63,759 nt of DNA, filler included, from Pelomyxa schiedti (GCA_020536535.1; 14 parts of 14 records of this genome joined end to end with filler, not necessarily neighbours in it), one strand, 5' to 3'; positions 50,963 through 63,759 are shown, numbered from the whole stretch's first letter. Translations and numbers: made by a program. The notes: a model not told the origin generated them from the sequence alone.

Positions 50963-52282
50963 TTACCACTGCGTGTTCGAAGTGGAAGTGGGCTGAGGAA
51001 GAGGGTTGATGATTGTAAGAACAGCCAGATAAGTCCCTGTGATGGCATCACCAATGGAAACTTCAAATTCTTGTTGTCCCACTGTGGCAGCAGACTCACT
51101 GGTGGTCCCTGTTCTTGTTCTTGATGAAGTCGGCTTTGTGGTGGGAACCTGTTGGAGGACACAATAAGTTGTTTTGAAGGTGGGGCAGACACCATTTTGA
51201 GCGTTCAACTCATAACAGTATGAGGGCTGATGACCCCTCAAGGATGCTGATGATACACTGTACACCTCACACACCACTGATGCTGATGAGGAGCGCGTTT
51301 TGGAGGAGGTGCCACGTTTACGCAAGGCAGCGATGTGTGAAGGCCAGATTGTGTAGATATCGGTGTACCTTTCAAAGGAGAATAACCTACGGCCACCAGT
51401 CACGGTGTTGTAAACCATATAACCATAACCATATGGATCACTGTACAGAACGAGGATTGTTCGTGGTGAGGACCAAACCAGGTCAAAGGGAGTTGAGTTG
51501 GAGAGAAAGAAGCTCTTCTTGGACACCACCACTGTGACACCAGCATCGACGCTCTTCTCAAGGCCAACACATGAAATGGATGTCCAATGTGGATCCCACC
51601 CAACACCCTCCTCCCCGTTCCCAACGAATACAATCTCATCGCCACAAGGATCAAATGGAGACATCCTGGCAGCGCGACGGCTCATTGGCACAGTGCACCT
51701 CACACTAACACCGCCGCCGAACGCAGGCACGCCGTTGCTGCCGTCCATCCTCCACACGATCACCTTGTTCGCCGATGTGTCTGCGGTCTGGTGTGGCGGC
51801 CCCTGCACCCTCACAAGCCACCGCTTGTTGCTGACCCAGAACCCGTCGTCGTCGCCGCACATCATCGCGCCCACCAGTGCCGCCACAATTCTCCCCGCCC
51901 CATTCGCAATTATGGAGCCGCACTGCACGAACCTGTCGTAGCCCACGCACTCGCCGACGCGCCCGATCCACAGCCCGGACAGACCCCACTCCCCGACACA
52001 CCTGCACGACACGACGCCGAGCGTCGCGCTCACCCCAACGAACACGTTGACGGCCATGCACCTGGCATTCTCGAGCGCGACGGATGTAGCGAGCCACCTG
52101 GAGCAGCCGACGACCCAGTCGCGGCCGAACTGCTCGCACAGCGCGCGATTGTGGGACAGCAGCCTCGCTGGGCTCCCTCTCCCGCACCTGCTCAACACCG
52201 AGCACGCAAAACCACCAACAAACTGCGATCGTGCGTCGATCACTGGCCGAATCGTCGCTGTTGGTTTCATCCTGCTGTTCAT
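50963..52282 (-). CDS. Intronless expanded-family protein (about 440 aa)
   Basis: DARSQFVGGF, RCGRGSPARLL, GRDWVV, VGVSATLGVV, SNKRWLV, GDEIVFV, DAITGTYLA. Confidence 0.75.
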   Translation of the reverse strand: MNSRMKPTATIRPVIDARSQFVGGFACSVLSRCGRGSPARLLSHNRALCEQFGRDWVVGCSRWLATSVALENARCMAVNVFVGVSATLGVVSCRCVGEWGLSGLWIGRVGECVGYDRFVQCGSIIANGAGRIVAALVGAMMCGDDDGFWVSNKRWLVRVQGPPHQTADTSANKVIVWRMDGSNGVPAFGGGVSVRCTVPMSRRAARMSPFDPCGDEIVFVGNGEEGVGWDPHWTSISCVGLEKSVDAGVTVVVSKKSFFLSNSTPFDLVWSSPRTILVLYSDPYGYGYMVYNTVTGGRRLFSFERYTDIYTIWPSHIAALRKRGTSSKTRSSSASVVCEVYSVSSASLRGHQPSYCYELNAQNGVCPTFKTTYCVLQQVPTTKPTSSRTRTGTTSESAATVGQQEFEVSIGDAITGTYLAVLTIINPLPQPTSTSNTQW

Positions 52283-52424
52283 TTTATTTGAAATGTGAGG
52301 TTTTTTCGAAGGTGATGAACGAATCGACAGTGTTGACTCCCCTTTTTGTGAAACAAGAAGAAAACCACTGATGTATCCTCCAGTTCGTTCCTTTCCTTCT
52401 TGTTGATTAACGCAAACAAAGGTG

Positions 52425-53610
52425 ATGGGGTCCAATCACTCACGCACACCGCGGTTGCTGGACAACAACAATACTGCTCATCGGCGTACTCTCCCTGCAC
52501 CGTCGCCGTACACCACCACGGTGACGACAGCCAAGTCGCAAGCAATGGCCGTGTGTTGTGCCGGAATCATCATCAACAGAAACAAGGGAAACAACCACAC
52601 CACCACCACCACCAACGCCAATAAAGACAACACAGCATCATCACCATTATCACCATCCCCGACGCCGATGATTGCGCAGTGGGCGCGGTCGGGGGTCCCG
52701 TTCAGGACGTGGGCCGAGGAGTGGGTGCTGGCCCCGGCAAGGGAAGCTGAGTGGGAGGTGCCAATAAAGGGGGAGGATGAGAACCCGGAAACGAAGGACG
52801 TTGAGAACCACCTGTATGTGAGTGTGTCACTGACACTGGGAGTGGTCGCACACAGGTGGTCATTGGGTGTCTTGGCCATGACAGGATACTTCACAGCTGG
52901 TGGGGCCCTGCTGCTGGGAGATTGTACAAGTATGGTGTCGTGGACCTGGGTGGCATGCCAGAACCACCACAGGTGACACCAGCACCCCCTGATGGTGGTT
53001 CTTCCTCCTGTTTCCTTACTGCTGACTGTGGTGTGAGTGTGATATGCAACAGAAAATGGGTTGTGGCGTTCGCACCACGTGAAACCCTTCGTGCTTGGAA
53101 AGTTGTTGGGGGTTGTCCTTCAGTCACGACTATGCAATCTTTCCCTATCTCCAAATCCTACAGAGTTAAGTTCTCACCGTGGTGTTGTGATGTTCTCATG
53201 CTGAAGGGTACTTATGACATCACTCTTGTTTTGGAGGAAAGCTTCAATAGGCAGGAATTGGTGATCACGTTGAACAAGGCCCAGGCCAGCAACAACACCG
53301 AGTTTGAGAACATACTGGGCCTGTTGTGGAAGCCCGATGGTTCAATGCTCACGTTGCACACCACATGCGATGATCAGGATTCAAGGGCCATCGTACTGGC
53401 GTCCTGCGCTGCTGTGGACAGCACAACAGGAAAGTCCCATCTCTTTTCACCACATGTCTTTGAGGGACTTGTGGAGGCCTTTGGCAGGGATCACACCTTT
53501 ACTGCCGCTGAAGGAGAATTCCGAGTTCATCACACTGGGAACGACCTCGCATTCCCGTCACTCACTGTTCCATGCTCGTGGGCAAGGCACAAGTCAGGCC
53601 TCATTCTCTC
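52425..53610 (+). pseudogene. Expanded-family member with a frameshift between about 52860 and 52930 (3' partial)
   Basis: TAKSQAMAV, EEWVLAP and VSVSLTLGVV in one frame; CNRKWVV and VLEESFNRQELVI in another. Confidence 0.6.
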
Positions 53611-53710
53611 NNNNNNNNNNNNNNNNNNNNNNNNNNNNNNNNNNNNNNNNNNNNTTAATTAATTAANNNNNNNNNNNNNNNNNNNNNNNNNNNNNNNNNN
53701 NNNNNNNNNN

Positions 53711-54459
53711 GCTCTTAAGATTGTTGAACAGCAATTTAAGATTATACAGTCCAACTTCTCACTGCTGGACCAATTGTCGTGTGTACCTGCCGTTTTTTCC
53801 CTTGTTTTAACTCAGCCATTCACATAGAAACTGTCCACCTGATTTGAAAAATGTTGTTACAACTATTCTTTGGGCTTCCCGCCACTACGATATCGAAGAA
53901 TTGCAACAAGCACGCAGTATTTTTTTTTCCTACTGGAGAAGTAACCTTTCCTTAGTTCACCAACGAGTTATCCCTGAAGTACGGTGCCAAATTTGTGAAT
54001 GATGCTATGGAGAACAAAAACCTTTCCGTCAACGCCGATGTTGTTGCCCTGCTGTCTCCTAAAGCGGTAACCCAAGAGCAAGTTACATCACTCATCAGTG
54101 CATTAGAAAGGGACTTCGTTCAACCAGAGCAACCTACTTCAACTACCCCGATTACGGCAACCCCGGAGCCTTCTTCCTTTGACGGTAGAAAACTCCGGAT
54201 TTTTCACTATCACTTACCCCCGCAAATTCTAGGCTTTGAAGTAGTAAACCCCTCCGCGCCGCCGCTTTCACCATCCTCTACACCAATTGTAAATCCTCCA
54301 ACATCCACACAACAAAATACACCCGCAACCACACCACCACACTCCCACATCACAACCCCCCCAACATCAAAAACTAGCAGCCCCTTATCAAATGATGCCA
54401 TACAAAAGGACCTTGAAGCCAGGCTTGCCGCACTAAAATTCGGCGCCAAAAACTCCTGA
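53711..54459 (+). CDS. IST1: IST1-like ESCRT-III-associated protein (regulator of Vps4), 5' partial
   Basis: CPPDLKNVVTTILWAS...IEELQQAR...LKYGAKFVNDAMEN; C-terminal MIM1-like DLEARLAALK. Confidence 0.75.
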
Positions 54460-54610
54460 GCCAAAAATGCCGCTTTTCTATCTTAATATCTTTGTAACAT
54501 ACAAACAAAAAAAAACCAAGGCATTATGCCAAATTGAATTGAAGTGATTTTTTTTGTATTCCAAGTGCAAGTGACTGCAGTAGAGTTTGGTTGATTGTTT
54601 GTTCATGGCT

Positions 54611-57600
54611 CTAGTCTTCATAGTCACTATCATCGTCACCCCCAGCGTCGTCACTTGAGCTGCTGACACTCTGTAATGCCTCCTCGTCGTCACTTCCACT
54701 GGAACTGCCGGATTCTGAGGATGATGAGGATGACGACCCGGAATCGGAACCCTTCCTGGATTTGGATTTGGATTTGGATTTTGGCTTGCGGGATGATGAG
54801 GCCGGTGATTTGGTTTTGGAGCGGGATTTGCTGGAGGATTTGGGTGTGGTTGTTGCTGACGGTGTGGATGTAGTTGTTGTAGTGGTGGTGGTTGTGGATG
54901 ATTTTGTGGGGGTTTTGGAACTTGTTGAAGTATCTTCCTCACTGTCGGATTTCGCATCCTTTTCATCATCGGAAGCAATGCTCTTCAGTCTACGCTTCCT
55001 TGTTGAATGCATTTCTTCCATTTGGTTCTCTTGAGAATGCGTTAGGAATTGCTATGCTAACAAAAAAGCGGCATACTTGACTTGATGGGGCTACTCTCTG
55101 ATTCAGAACCGGGTCTGTCTATTACTGATTTGGATGTTGACTCCTAAACTGCTTAGTGATGATCCTGATGCAAAGAGGAGGAACGCACCATACTACTGTT
55201 GGCATCTTCAGTTTTCACAGAGGATTTTTCCGAAGGTATTTTTGGGGTCTAAAGCTTTGGTGAACATTTCCATGTTTGATGGGCACATACTGTTGGCTCT
55301 GATTTTTTGAAGAATTCAGTGATGGGTGTTTCCGGATCCTCTTTCTTCCTTCTACCTCCTCTCTTTGGAGTTTTCTTTGAAGTTGAGTCGTCGGGTTCTT
55401 TCTCTGTCAAAGTCAGGAAAATACATGAAAAAGGAGGAGTTGACTTAGTGCTTTTCTTCCTCTTGGTTTTCTCTCAGCCTTCACGGGAGTTTCGTCATCT
55501 TTGTGAAGATATTAGATCCGCTGTCAACCATTTTAAGCAGGAAACCTTTGACTGGCTTCTTTACTCGAGGTTTGGTGGGTGCTCTTTTCCGCCTGCCACC
55601 AGACACAACTTGTGTAGTAGTGTTCTTCTCCAGCTCTTCCACTTCTTCTTCCCATATCTGTTTGCTTCTGAGATGCAAGAAGAGAAGTTGCCATACCTTC
55701 AGTGCTTTCTCAAAGTTGTCCAGGTCGGTGAGGTACATTTGGTCAAGGGTAGTGGCCAAAAGTTTGTCCAGTTGCTCGCGTCTCTCTTGCAGCTCTTTTT
55801 CAAGTTTCTTTGCTCTCTCAACAGTTAAGGACCAGATTGGCATCCTTTCCATGACTAAGGAAAGAGATTGTGTGCCGGGAATGGGAGAAACCTCAGAAGG
55901 TAGTCGTAGTCGCTCGCCTTGGCGCTCCCTCCTGCACTATCCCGAGATTCTTTTTCCTCTTCAGTCTCGCTTTTGTCAGAGTCCTCTGGCTTCGCTCCTA
56001 CCCGCTTCTGTGTTTCACTTTGAGTAGAGTGGAAATAGAGGAGACTCTTGTACTCTTGTTGTTGGGAAGGCATCAAAGTGCATCTCAGCAAGTTGGTTTA
56101 GCAGCTCCTCACTTCGGCGATTTGTCACCTTGACTTCTTTTGCTATGACACATCGTATAAACCGCACCTTTACTAAAGTAAGAGTCGATCAAATGGGTTT
56201 GAGGCACCTTATTAGACAACATTTTCCACTGCAATTCTAAATCCTGGGCAAGGACATCTTTCCGTTTTTGGTACATCTCCATACGAACGCTGCTTGTGTG
56301 TTAGAAGAGCTGTACAAAAAAAAGTTTAAACCTAACCTGAAGAAGGCTTTAAGTATATCCTCCGCACTGCCATAGGTGGTAATCTGTTTATCGGGATTGA
56401 AAGCTTTTTTGAGAGGTTAGTATTAAGAATAAACAATTGATTGTGGGAACCTGTCAGATTGCGCAACGAGATGGAAGATCTGAGTTTTAACTTTTTGATC
56501 ACGTCACTTTCTTCCATGTGTTGGAGCAACTCGACTTCAAAGTGCACTGTGGTGTGGGTGCTATAGTCGCGATAGTCCTGCAGGAATGAAGGAAAACAGC
56601 AATCACAATAAGCTCACTTGTAATTTGGGAGAAGGACGTTGAACCTTGACAATAGGTTCGATTTTTCCATCCTGACCCATTCTTTTTTCAAGTAACTCTT
56701 TGAAGTTCTGTGTCCAGGACTGAACAGGAAGTTCAGTGATGTCCAGTGTTGTTTCATCTTTCCACTTTTTTATCTGAGTGACAATTTGAGGAAAAGCCGT
56801 GAGCGAACCTTCCAACGGCCATATGCATAAGTTTTACGGGCAGTCGTGTCGTACTCAATTTTACCCTGTAATCCTTCATTGAGAAGTGGGTTGCATTTTG
56901 TTGGTGCCGTTACCTTCCAACCGCGGTACCATGGGTTCATTGGATTGAGGGGTTGTGACCCAATCAAGTTTCGGAGGTTGCTCAATATATCACGGGGATT
57001 ATAGCAAGGAATGCTTGTACTCCTATCATAGGTGATAAGTACAATAACAAGGGAAAAAAAGGAATACCATCCAGTCCCAATGCCCTCAGCACCGTTCACG
57101 AGAACCATGGGAATAATTGGTATGTACCTTTTGTTTGAGATGTCAAGTGCTATGAAGGGTATGAACACCTGTTACCATTTTGGTTCTATCGTTTTTCCTT
57201 CCTCGTCCAAGTATGACAGAGCTGCGTCGTCATCTGGAAATAATTTTCACGCAGGGCTTGGAGAAAAAACAAAAAGGGAAAGAACAAACCAGGATGAAAA
57301 ATACTCCTGGTGATCGAAGATAAACTTGTGTATATGTACCTGGCCGAAGCTTGGTCTGCAAATCAAGGAACAGAATGGAGGGAAAAGTAAGAACTCTTTT
57401 GTTTATACAGCAAAGAAATACCGGCGCCTCCCTTTACCTTGATTAGTACAAAAAAGAGTAAGACAGTAGGAACTGTACCATTAACCGAGTGCCAAACTGT
57501 CCTGACGGAATGAGAAGCTATTTGGTAAATGAGTGTAGAAAAGGAAGAAAGGAGCGTTCAACATTGATATTGTTTGCACCAACGTAGTTCTGAGCGAGAT

Positions 57601-60600
57601 TCACAATTGTTCCCTGTAAACTTGCCTCCCCGTGGTGATAAGCTTTGCAGATGAGAAGATAGTACTTAATCAAGAACTCTACCTGAATTGCTGCTTACAA
57701 TGCCACTCAACTCTGCAACCTGTGTTGAATGGCTATCAGATCGAGCAGATTTTGAAAAAAAAGATCTTACCTTGAGCTCTTTTTTAATCCTCTTCTTGAA
57801 AAATACATACAGCACTTTTCTCTGTGCTGGCTTGAAGCCATCAAGTACATTTGGGATTGACCTTTCACAGTCATCAAGAGAGTACAAAATCAATTCCTGT
57901 TGTGTAATGAGTGGACCCATAATAAACTGGAGAAGGAAAAACTCGACCCTATTCACAAAGTCAGTGTATGAGACTTCTTCTACATCTTGATCAAGAAAAG
58001 TGCCTTCTTCAAATTCTCTCATCCAATCTTTTCTATCATCAGCTTTCGCTTTGCTGAATGCCAGGTCAATTGCCTTGGACAGTGTGAGAACGAATTTGCA
58101 TCAAGGGTGTTGACCTGGTCATCCTCTTCCCCAGAATATGAAAAAGAGATTCTATGTCTGTCAATGTTTTTGAAGTAGCGTTTTCCTTCTGCATCAGTAC
58201 TGCAATTACGAATTATTAGGAAAAGAAACAGTACAGGATGCCCTCAACCTTGTACCCAATCCCTTGTAGTATTTGATGCGCCAGCCGGATTGTGGGGTGC
58301 TCTTCTTCCAAGCTTCAAACTACAATGAAATTAGATATCAAAAAGGTGGGAACAGGTAACCTCAGGCATGGTGAAGAAACACATCTCCTTTTTCCCTTTT
58401 GTGGCCTGAGTGATGAATGAGTGAAAATAGTGGAGTTAAGAGTGCAACTTTCACAATTGGCGTTATAAATTCTTGCAAGAATCCTGGGGTTTTAACAAGG
58501 GATGGCCAAAAATGGTGGACAAAGTTTATTATCAGCCCTTTAATGTGCGATCCATCGAAATCCTTTTGTCATTTGTGGGAAACTCGTGTTGTACGAGTTC
58601 TGGTTTACCTGATCTGCCATGATCATGATATGTCCATATCTCAAATCTGATTTTGCATTGGAGTCATACTTTTTACGGTAATCCAGACCAACTGCCTGTG
58701 GCAAGGGTAACTCAGCTAAAGGTGGGAAGTGGTCGGGTAACCTGGCAAATAGCGGCAATTTCTGCATTGGCGGCAATACGTTTATGAGTAGAATCCCTAA
58801 CATTGAGAACTTTTCCTCTGAGAGGAAGAACTCCATACAGATCTCTGCCAACAACACTGAGCCCAGCCACAGCAAGTGACTTAGCACTGTCTCCCTCTGC
58901 AATAACAGTTAAAATTACATGACTAGAACGTACACATTGTTTCATTGCGGCACCTGTAAGAATCAGGGTGCACTTTAATGCGTTCTTGCGACCAGCTTGA
59001 TTGGCATCATCAAGCTTGGCCAGGCCTTTTGGTCGTCTCTTTGTTTGGCGTCCACCCTTCCTTGCAAGCATCTGCGCTGACTTGGCCTCGGCCCTACAAA
59101 GAACAGTGTGAGTACTGTGATGGAGTTCTGGATTGTGAAGGGTAACACAAACCATTCTAGGGCTTTTTCCACAAGTCCACATTTTTGAACTAGAAAAAAA
59201 AACTTACCAGGGATTATGGAAGAAACATAGAAACCAGATTTTTCAAATTTCTCATCAAATTTGGGAGATGAACCGAAGTTGACTGGCTTTGTAATGAGTG
59301 TCTCTTTTGTCTAGAAAAGTGTATGACCCACTGAAATTGTGAATAACACTTGTTTACCTGGGAATCAAAGGCCGGATTTTCAATAAGGGAGCGGACAAAC
59401 AACCACATGTTCGCTTTGATTTGAAATGGTTTAATTTCAACACCATGTTTATTCTTCTTGTTGATGAGTGCACGCAGTAGAGTGGCAAGCTTGTCTGGGT
59501 CTTGTAAGTTGAAATGCAGGAGGAATGGACCAACCAGCAATCATGTTCACGTGAGTGCCACCTCTGATTGTACAAATACTGTTGACAAAGCTTACCTTTT
59601 TGGAGTCTAAACAAAAAAAACCCAGCTGGGGACTCATCACACCTGTTCAAATTGACCTTCCTTAGAGAGTGTGACGCCAATCTCCCATCTATCTGACTTG
59701 CTATAGATAACTTGTTCCACACTCTCTTGGGTGTACAATTTTACGTAATCAGGAAAAGCTTTGATTTTAATCTGATCTCCATTCAAATAGATCTTGGAGG
59801 AGTTCACTGGCAGTGAGTAAAACAGCACAGAACTACCTTTTTGCCGGGATTGCATCCAGCAACATCATAAACTCGTTTGTAAAGCAGCGATAAGGTATCA
59901 GAGTCGAGATCTTAAGAGGCATCATAAGTGAACTCGATTTCTCGTGCGCCGTGTACCACTCATTTGGAATCGTGGAAAATCTGGTTTGAAAACGACTTTC
60001 GTGTATTCCTTTGATGATTTTTTGATTGATGCGGTCCCTATTTGCCCCATGTTCTCTGTCCATGTCTTTTCATAACTTAGATAATTATAATTGCCTCCAT
60101 CTAACTTCTACCTGTTTGTAGACGTTTGACCCGTCTGCAGTCTCAACACTAAACTCTGTGCTGAATATATTTGCCAGCTTTGCACCATATCTGTTTACTT
60201 GTGAGAGAAAGAAAAAGAACAGGCAGGCAAACCCGTTTCTTCCACCAGTAACTTTTCTTACATCATCTCGGTAATTACTGCCTGTCAGTAGTTGCTAGGG
60301 GTGCTTCAGTAAGAAAAAAAAAATACTCCTGTAGAAGTGGAAAGGGAAAAAGCCAGTACCCCAAAAATCATCTCTGGGATGTAAACTTTCTCCTTTTGGT
60401 GAATTTCCACGGGAATGCCTACATGTTTTAGAAAATGAATGTAGCTGGGGTCAATTTTACCTTTGCCATCATTGAACACAGATATTGTGCCAGCTTCTTG
60501 ATCGATATCCACTTTGATGGTTGACATGGATGGATCTCTCTGCATTAAAACTACAATGAGGTACAAGAAACTGTCATGTGGGATAACCTGGAAATTATCA

Positions 60601-60918
60601 GAGGCATTGACCAGAATTTCATCGAAGATTTTGTACAAGCCAGGTGTGTAGCTTATGTTCTTCAAGACCATTTTCTTATTCTCGTAGTCAAACACCCACA
60701 TTTCTTGTTGTTGTGTTTCCACCGATCTGCCAAAAAAAAAAGGGTGAGAAACCTTGCTCAATTCACATTTGAAGTCATATACCCAATATAGGTATCTGGT
60801 CGTTTCAGGATTTGCTCAACGTGAGTGAGCTTTTGGTATATATCTTCATTTGTGAGCGCTGCAGCACCTTCACTCGGTTCGTCACCTTCCTACAGTTCCA
60901 ATTGAGAAATTAGAAGTC
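54611..60918 (-). CDS. TOP2: DNA topoisomerase II (type IIA), highly intron-rich, 5' partial
   Basis: YQKLTHVEQILKRPDTYIGS, KIFDEILVNASDN, GGRNGYGAK, LTEGDSAK, PLRGKVLNVR, IMADQDFDGSHIKG, DGFKPAQRK, YHHGE, ASARY (catalytic Tyr), LVNGAEGIGTGW. Confidence 0.97.
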
Positions 60919-61019
60919 NNNNNNNNNNNNNNNNNNNNNNNNNNNNNNNNNNNNNNNNNNNNTTAATTAATTAANNNNNNNNNNNNNNNNNNNNNNNNNN
61001 NNNNNNNNNNNNNNNNNNA

Positions 61020-61427
61020 ATGAAGTTCTGGAAGATGAAATTTTCACCGAGTCAACTCCCATGGCCTTGCGATGCATTGTACGCACAGTTCTTGTCTCTG
61101 TGACCTGCGTTATTGCAATCATTTTCCCCGATTTCAGCGTTTTCTCCAATCTGGTACTCTCTTTCCTACAAAGCCGCAAATATATTACACAAATGCGGAG
61201 ATCAAAACCAACGGTTAACCGTTGTCTAGGTTGGCTCTATCTTGATACCTATTGTTGGGTTTCTCGTTCCTCCGTTCCTCTTCTTCCGTCTTGTGCTATT
61301 CCCAAAAAAGAACCGGGGCTTCAAGTGGAAGCTTATGGCGGTTCTCATGGTGTGTATGATTATATTTGGTGTAATCTTTCAAATAGTGGGCATATATGCC
61401 ACTGTGATGAAAAATTTTGTCTTATAA
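61020..61427 (+). CDS. C-terminal exons of an amino-acid/auxin permease (AAAP/SLC36-38)-like transporter
   Basis: LRCIVRTVLVSVTCVIAIIFPDFSVFSNL...IPIVGFLVPPFLFFRL and a final TM helix. Confidence 0.7.
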
Positions 61428-61574
61428 AAAACTCCTTGCACAAAGTTGTAATTCTGAAGGTTGTTGTGAGCTGCTTTTTCCAGCTCTTCGGTGCCTTGTT
61501 TTCAGAAGAAGTTGGTCTTCGATGAACGGTCAAAAATGATCACAGCCAAGGGGAAATAATAAAAATAAGTGAGT

Positions 61575-63759
61575 ATGAGGACAATAATTATTGTCCTCCT
61601 GGTGACGCCCCTTTGTCTCCTCGTCGGTGCCACTCGTAGAACCCACCGTGATGGGATTATGGGTTCGTCACTCACGTCCTCTTCCTCGTCCTTGTCGTCT
61701 ACCAGTGAGAGCATTAGTGAGACTGAGAGGGAATTGTTGAGGGCTGAGGCTGAGGCCGTGTGCGATCTGTACACCGAATTGAAACCGGCTTCATGGAAGG
61801 ACCCTTGCGAGGAATACACTGAGGAGCCTCCCTGCAACGAAACCGCATTTGAGGGATTGCAATGTTTGGATGGGCACATCTCTTCAGTGTACTTACTCTT
61901 TTTCCCTCCTTGTTATTTTTTGGGCAGTCTTTTTTTTGTTTTTTGAAACGTACACTCCAAGATATTTGATGGGAGATGCAACAAGGCAGGGAACAATTCC
62001 GCCAACAATTGGAAACTTTTTGCAACTGGCAACACTGTAAGTGAAAGATTACTACTATCTTTTTGTTTTTCATCTCTTCTATTTCTATTCAGGGATCTGT
62101 CCCGCAATAAGATTGCTGGAACAATACCAGAAACTTTGTCCCGACTGCGTGAATTAGTAACGATGTTTGCTCCCCATCTCCCCTCCAGTGGTATTAATAG
62201 AATGCTCTTGTCAGATCTCTTTGGAACAACAGTCTAACCGGAGAAATTCCGTGCCTTCAGAATCTGACCTCTCTGATTCTCATGTTTCGTTTCATTTTCT
62301 TTTGTTAAAAGCAAGACCAAGTGTCCCAAAAAGAGATTTGGATTCGAATTTGTTGACTGGAGCACTGCCAACTTGGATTGTGGAGTTCGCCGACCTATTT
62401 CAGCTGTATGTACTTTTTATTACCCGTCATAATATCAGGAACGTCAAACCAGAAGGATCAACATGAATCATTTAAGTGGAGTGGTCCCTCCCCTTCCTCA
62501 CTCCCTGCAGGTAATCATCTCCTCACTTGTGCGAAGCCTTTGTATTTACTATTGGGTCCACAGATTCTGACCTTGGCGGAGAATACTTTCTCTGGGACTT
62601 TGGATGTCTTTTCGAATCTAACTCTTCTCGTCCACTTGTGACCCCCCATGGTACTGTTCCATTCAAAGGAGTCTAACAAATCATAGGGATCTATGTGGAA
62701 ACCAATTCCGTGGATCTATTCCAAGTTCGTTTTCAGCAATATCTAGTTTGCAAAACTTGTAATATTTCAGTTCACTCCAAATTTTGGACATACATATCCA
62801 ACGCACAAAAGGCTGTTATCACGAAATCAACTCACAGGAGCCCTTCCATCAAAATTACTCTCTGGAAACAGACTTTTTACACTGTACTCCTCTTTATCTT
62901 TTTCCTCTCCGAGACCTCATTTGAATGAAGAAGTTTGGACCAGAACCTGTTGTGTGGCACTCTTCCAAACTGCTCGCTTTCCACGACACTTGGTAACATG
63001 TGGGTGTTTATCTTTTCTATCCTTTTGGTTCAAACTCAAATACAGCCAACTTTTCTCGAACCAACTCTCTGGCGAACTCCCAGCAACCCTGTTCTCTACA
63101 GCAGTGAAGAAATTGTAATTTGCCTTCCATATAGAGTATTAACAACCTTCTCAAGGCTTTTGCAAAATAACTTCTTCAATGGGACTCTGCCAATTTTCAA
63201 GGCCCCGAAACTTCTCAATCTGTATCACTCATTTTCTTTTTCCCACTCTGACTGTCAACGCACAGGGACTTGTCTTCAAATATGATTTCCGGACCGATCA
63301 CGCAGGCTTTCTGGCTTTCCGCACCAAAATTGAACAGCTTGTAAATCCAACTTTTTCCAATACAACCATGTCAGTGCTTACTCAGGAATATGAGTCACAA
63401 TCTCTTGTGTGGTTCAATTGAAAGTTATAATGGCACAATTCGATCATTGTGTGCTTTATGTTTAGGAAAACATGACACTAACGGATTACAGTGACCTGAG
63501 CTATAATTTCTTGAATGGCACTCTCCCACTGGTCCTTTCAGGAGGGAAATTCGTCTGGTTTTCTCTCCTCCCTTGCCAAAAAACTCACATTCTACAGTCA
63601 CTTGGAACAGAACTGTTTCACCTGCAATGGTTGCGTGATGTGCGGATGCAACAACACCAGGGACCCATCCGAGTGCCCCAATCAACTCGCACCACCATCA
63701 TCATCCCCCACCTCATCATCAATGTCCCTGTCCTTCTCATTACCCCCAGGATCCATGTC
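61575..63759 (+). CDS. Secreted/receptor-like leucine-rich-repeat protein, about 13 LRR exons, 3' partial
   Basis: Signal peptide MRTIIIVLLVTPLCLLVGA, Cys cap, repeats such as DLSRNKIAGTIP, LDSNLLTGALP, LCGNQFRGSIP, LFSNQLSGELP, DLSYNFLNGTLP, then a Cys-rich cap and Ser/Pro stalk. Confidence 0.88.

Noticed and set aside
54611-60918. Fragmented ORFs suggesting an alternative genetic code or pseudogenes (also in the PKS)
   Set aside because: Every junction checked is explained by canonical short GT-AG introns that restore conserved motifs.
12189-61018. Recurring TTAATTAATTAA motif flanked by Ns, resembling a repeat array
   Set aside because: Artificial six-frame-stop linker used to concatenate contigs; it also invalidates gene-cluster inferences across it (e.g. 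PKS neighbours).

Overview
This window is not one continuous chromosome. It is about 14 short eukaryotic contigs/scaffolds joined by artificial 100-nt linkers (44N-TTAATTAATTAA-44N), with four further plain 100-N scaffold gaps, so neighbourhood is meaningful only within a piece. Genes use the standard code and many carry very short (about 27-60 nt) GT-AG introns. The gene content (Entamoeba-like transmembrane kinase, bacterial-type pyrophosphatase, expanded 'ARxQ...W(V/L)...VSxTLGV' family) points to an amoebozoan protist, plausibly an anaerobic archamoeba such as Pelomyxa (inference). The most notable locus is an intron-rich, at least bimodular type I PKS (…KS-AT-KR-ACP-KS-AT-DH-ER-KR-ACP-TE, 5' end missing). 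Other genes: a helical-NTD/receiver/filamin-repeat protein, a CorA-type transporter with GMS instead of GMN, a GPI-EtN-P-transferase-like gene, a receptor TKL kinase, an eIF4A-like 3' end, a duplicated soluble inorganic pyrophosphatase with a possible organelle presequence, a MORN pseudogene, about 8 members of an F-box-like/beta-rich family, IST1, DNA topoisomerase II, an amino-acid transporter end and a one-LRR-per-exon secreted/receptor protein. A 2.3-kb palindromic contig carries non-LTR endonuclease relics and may be an amplification fold-back artefact. Exon models were read by eye and domain boundaries are approximate.
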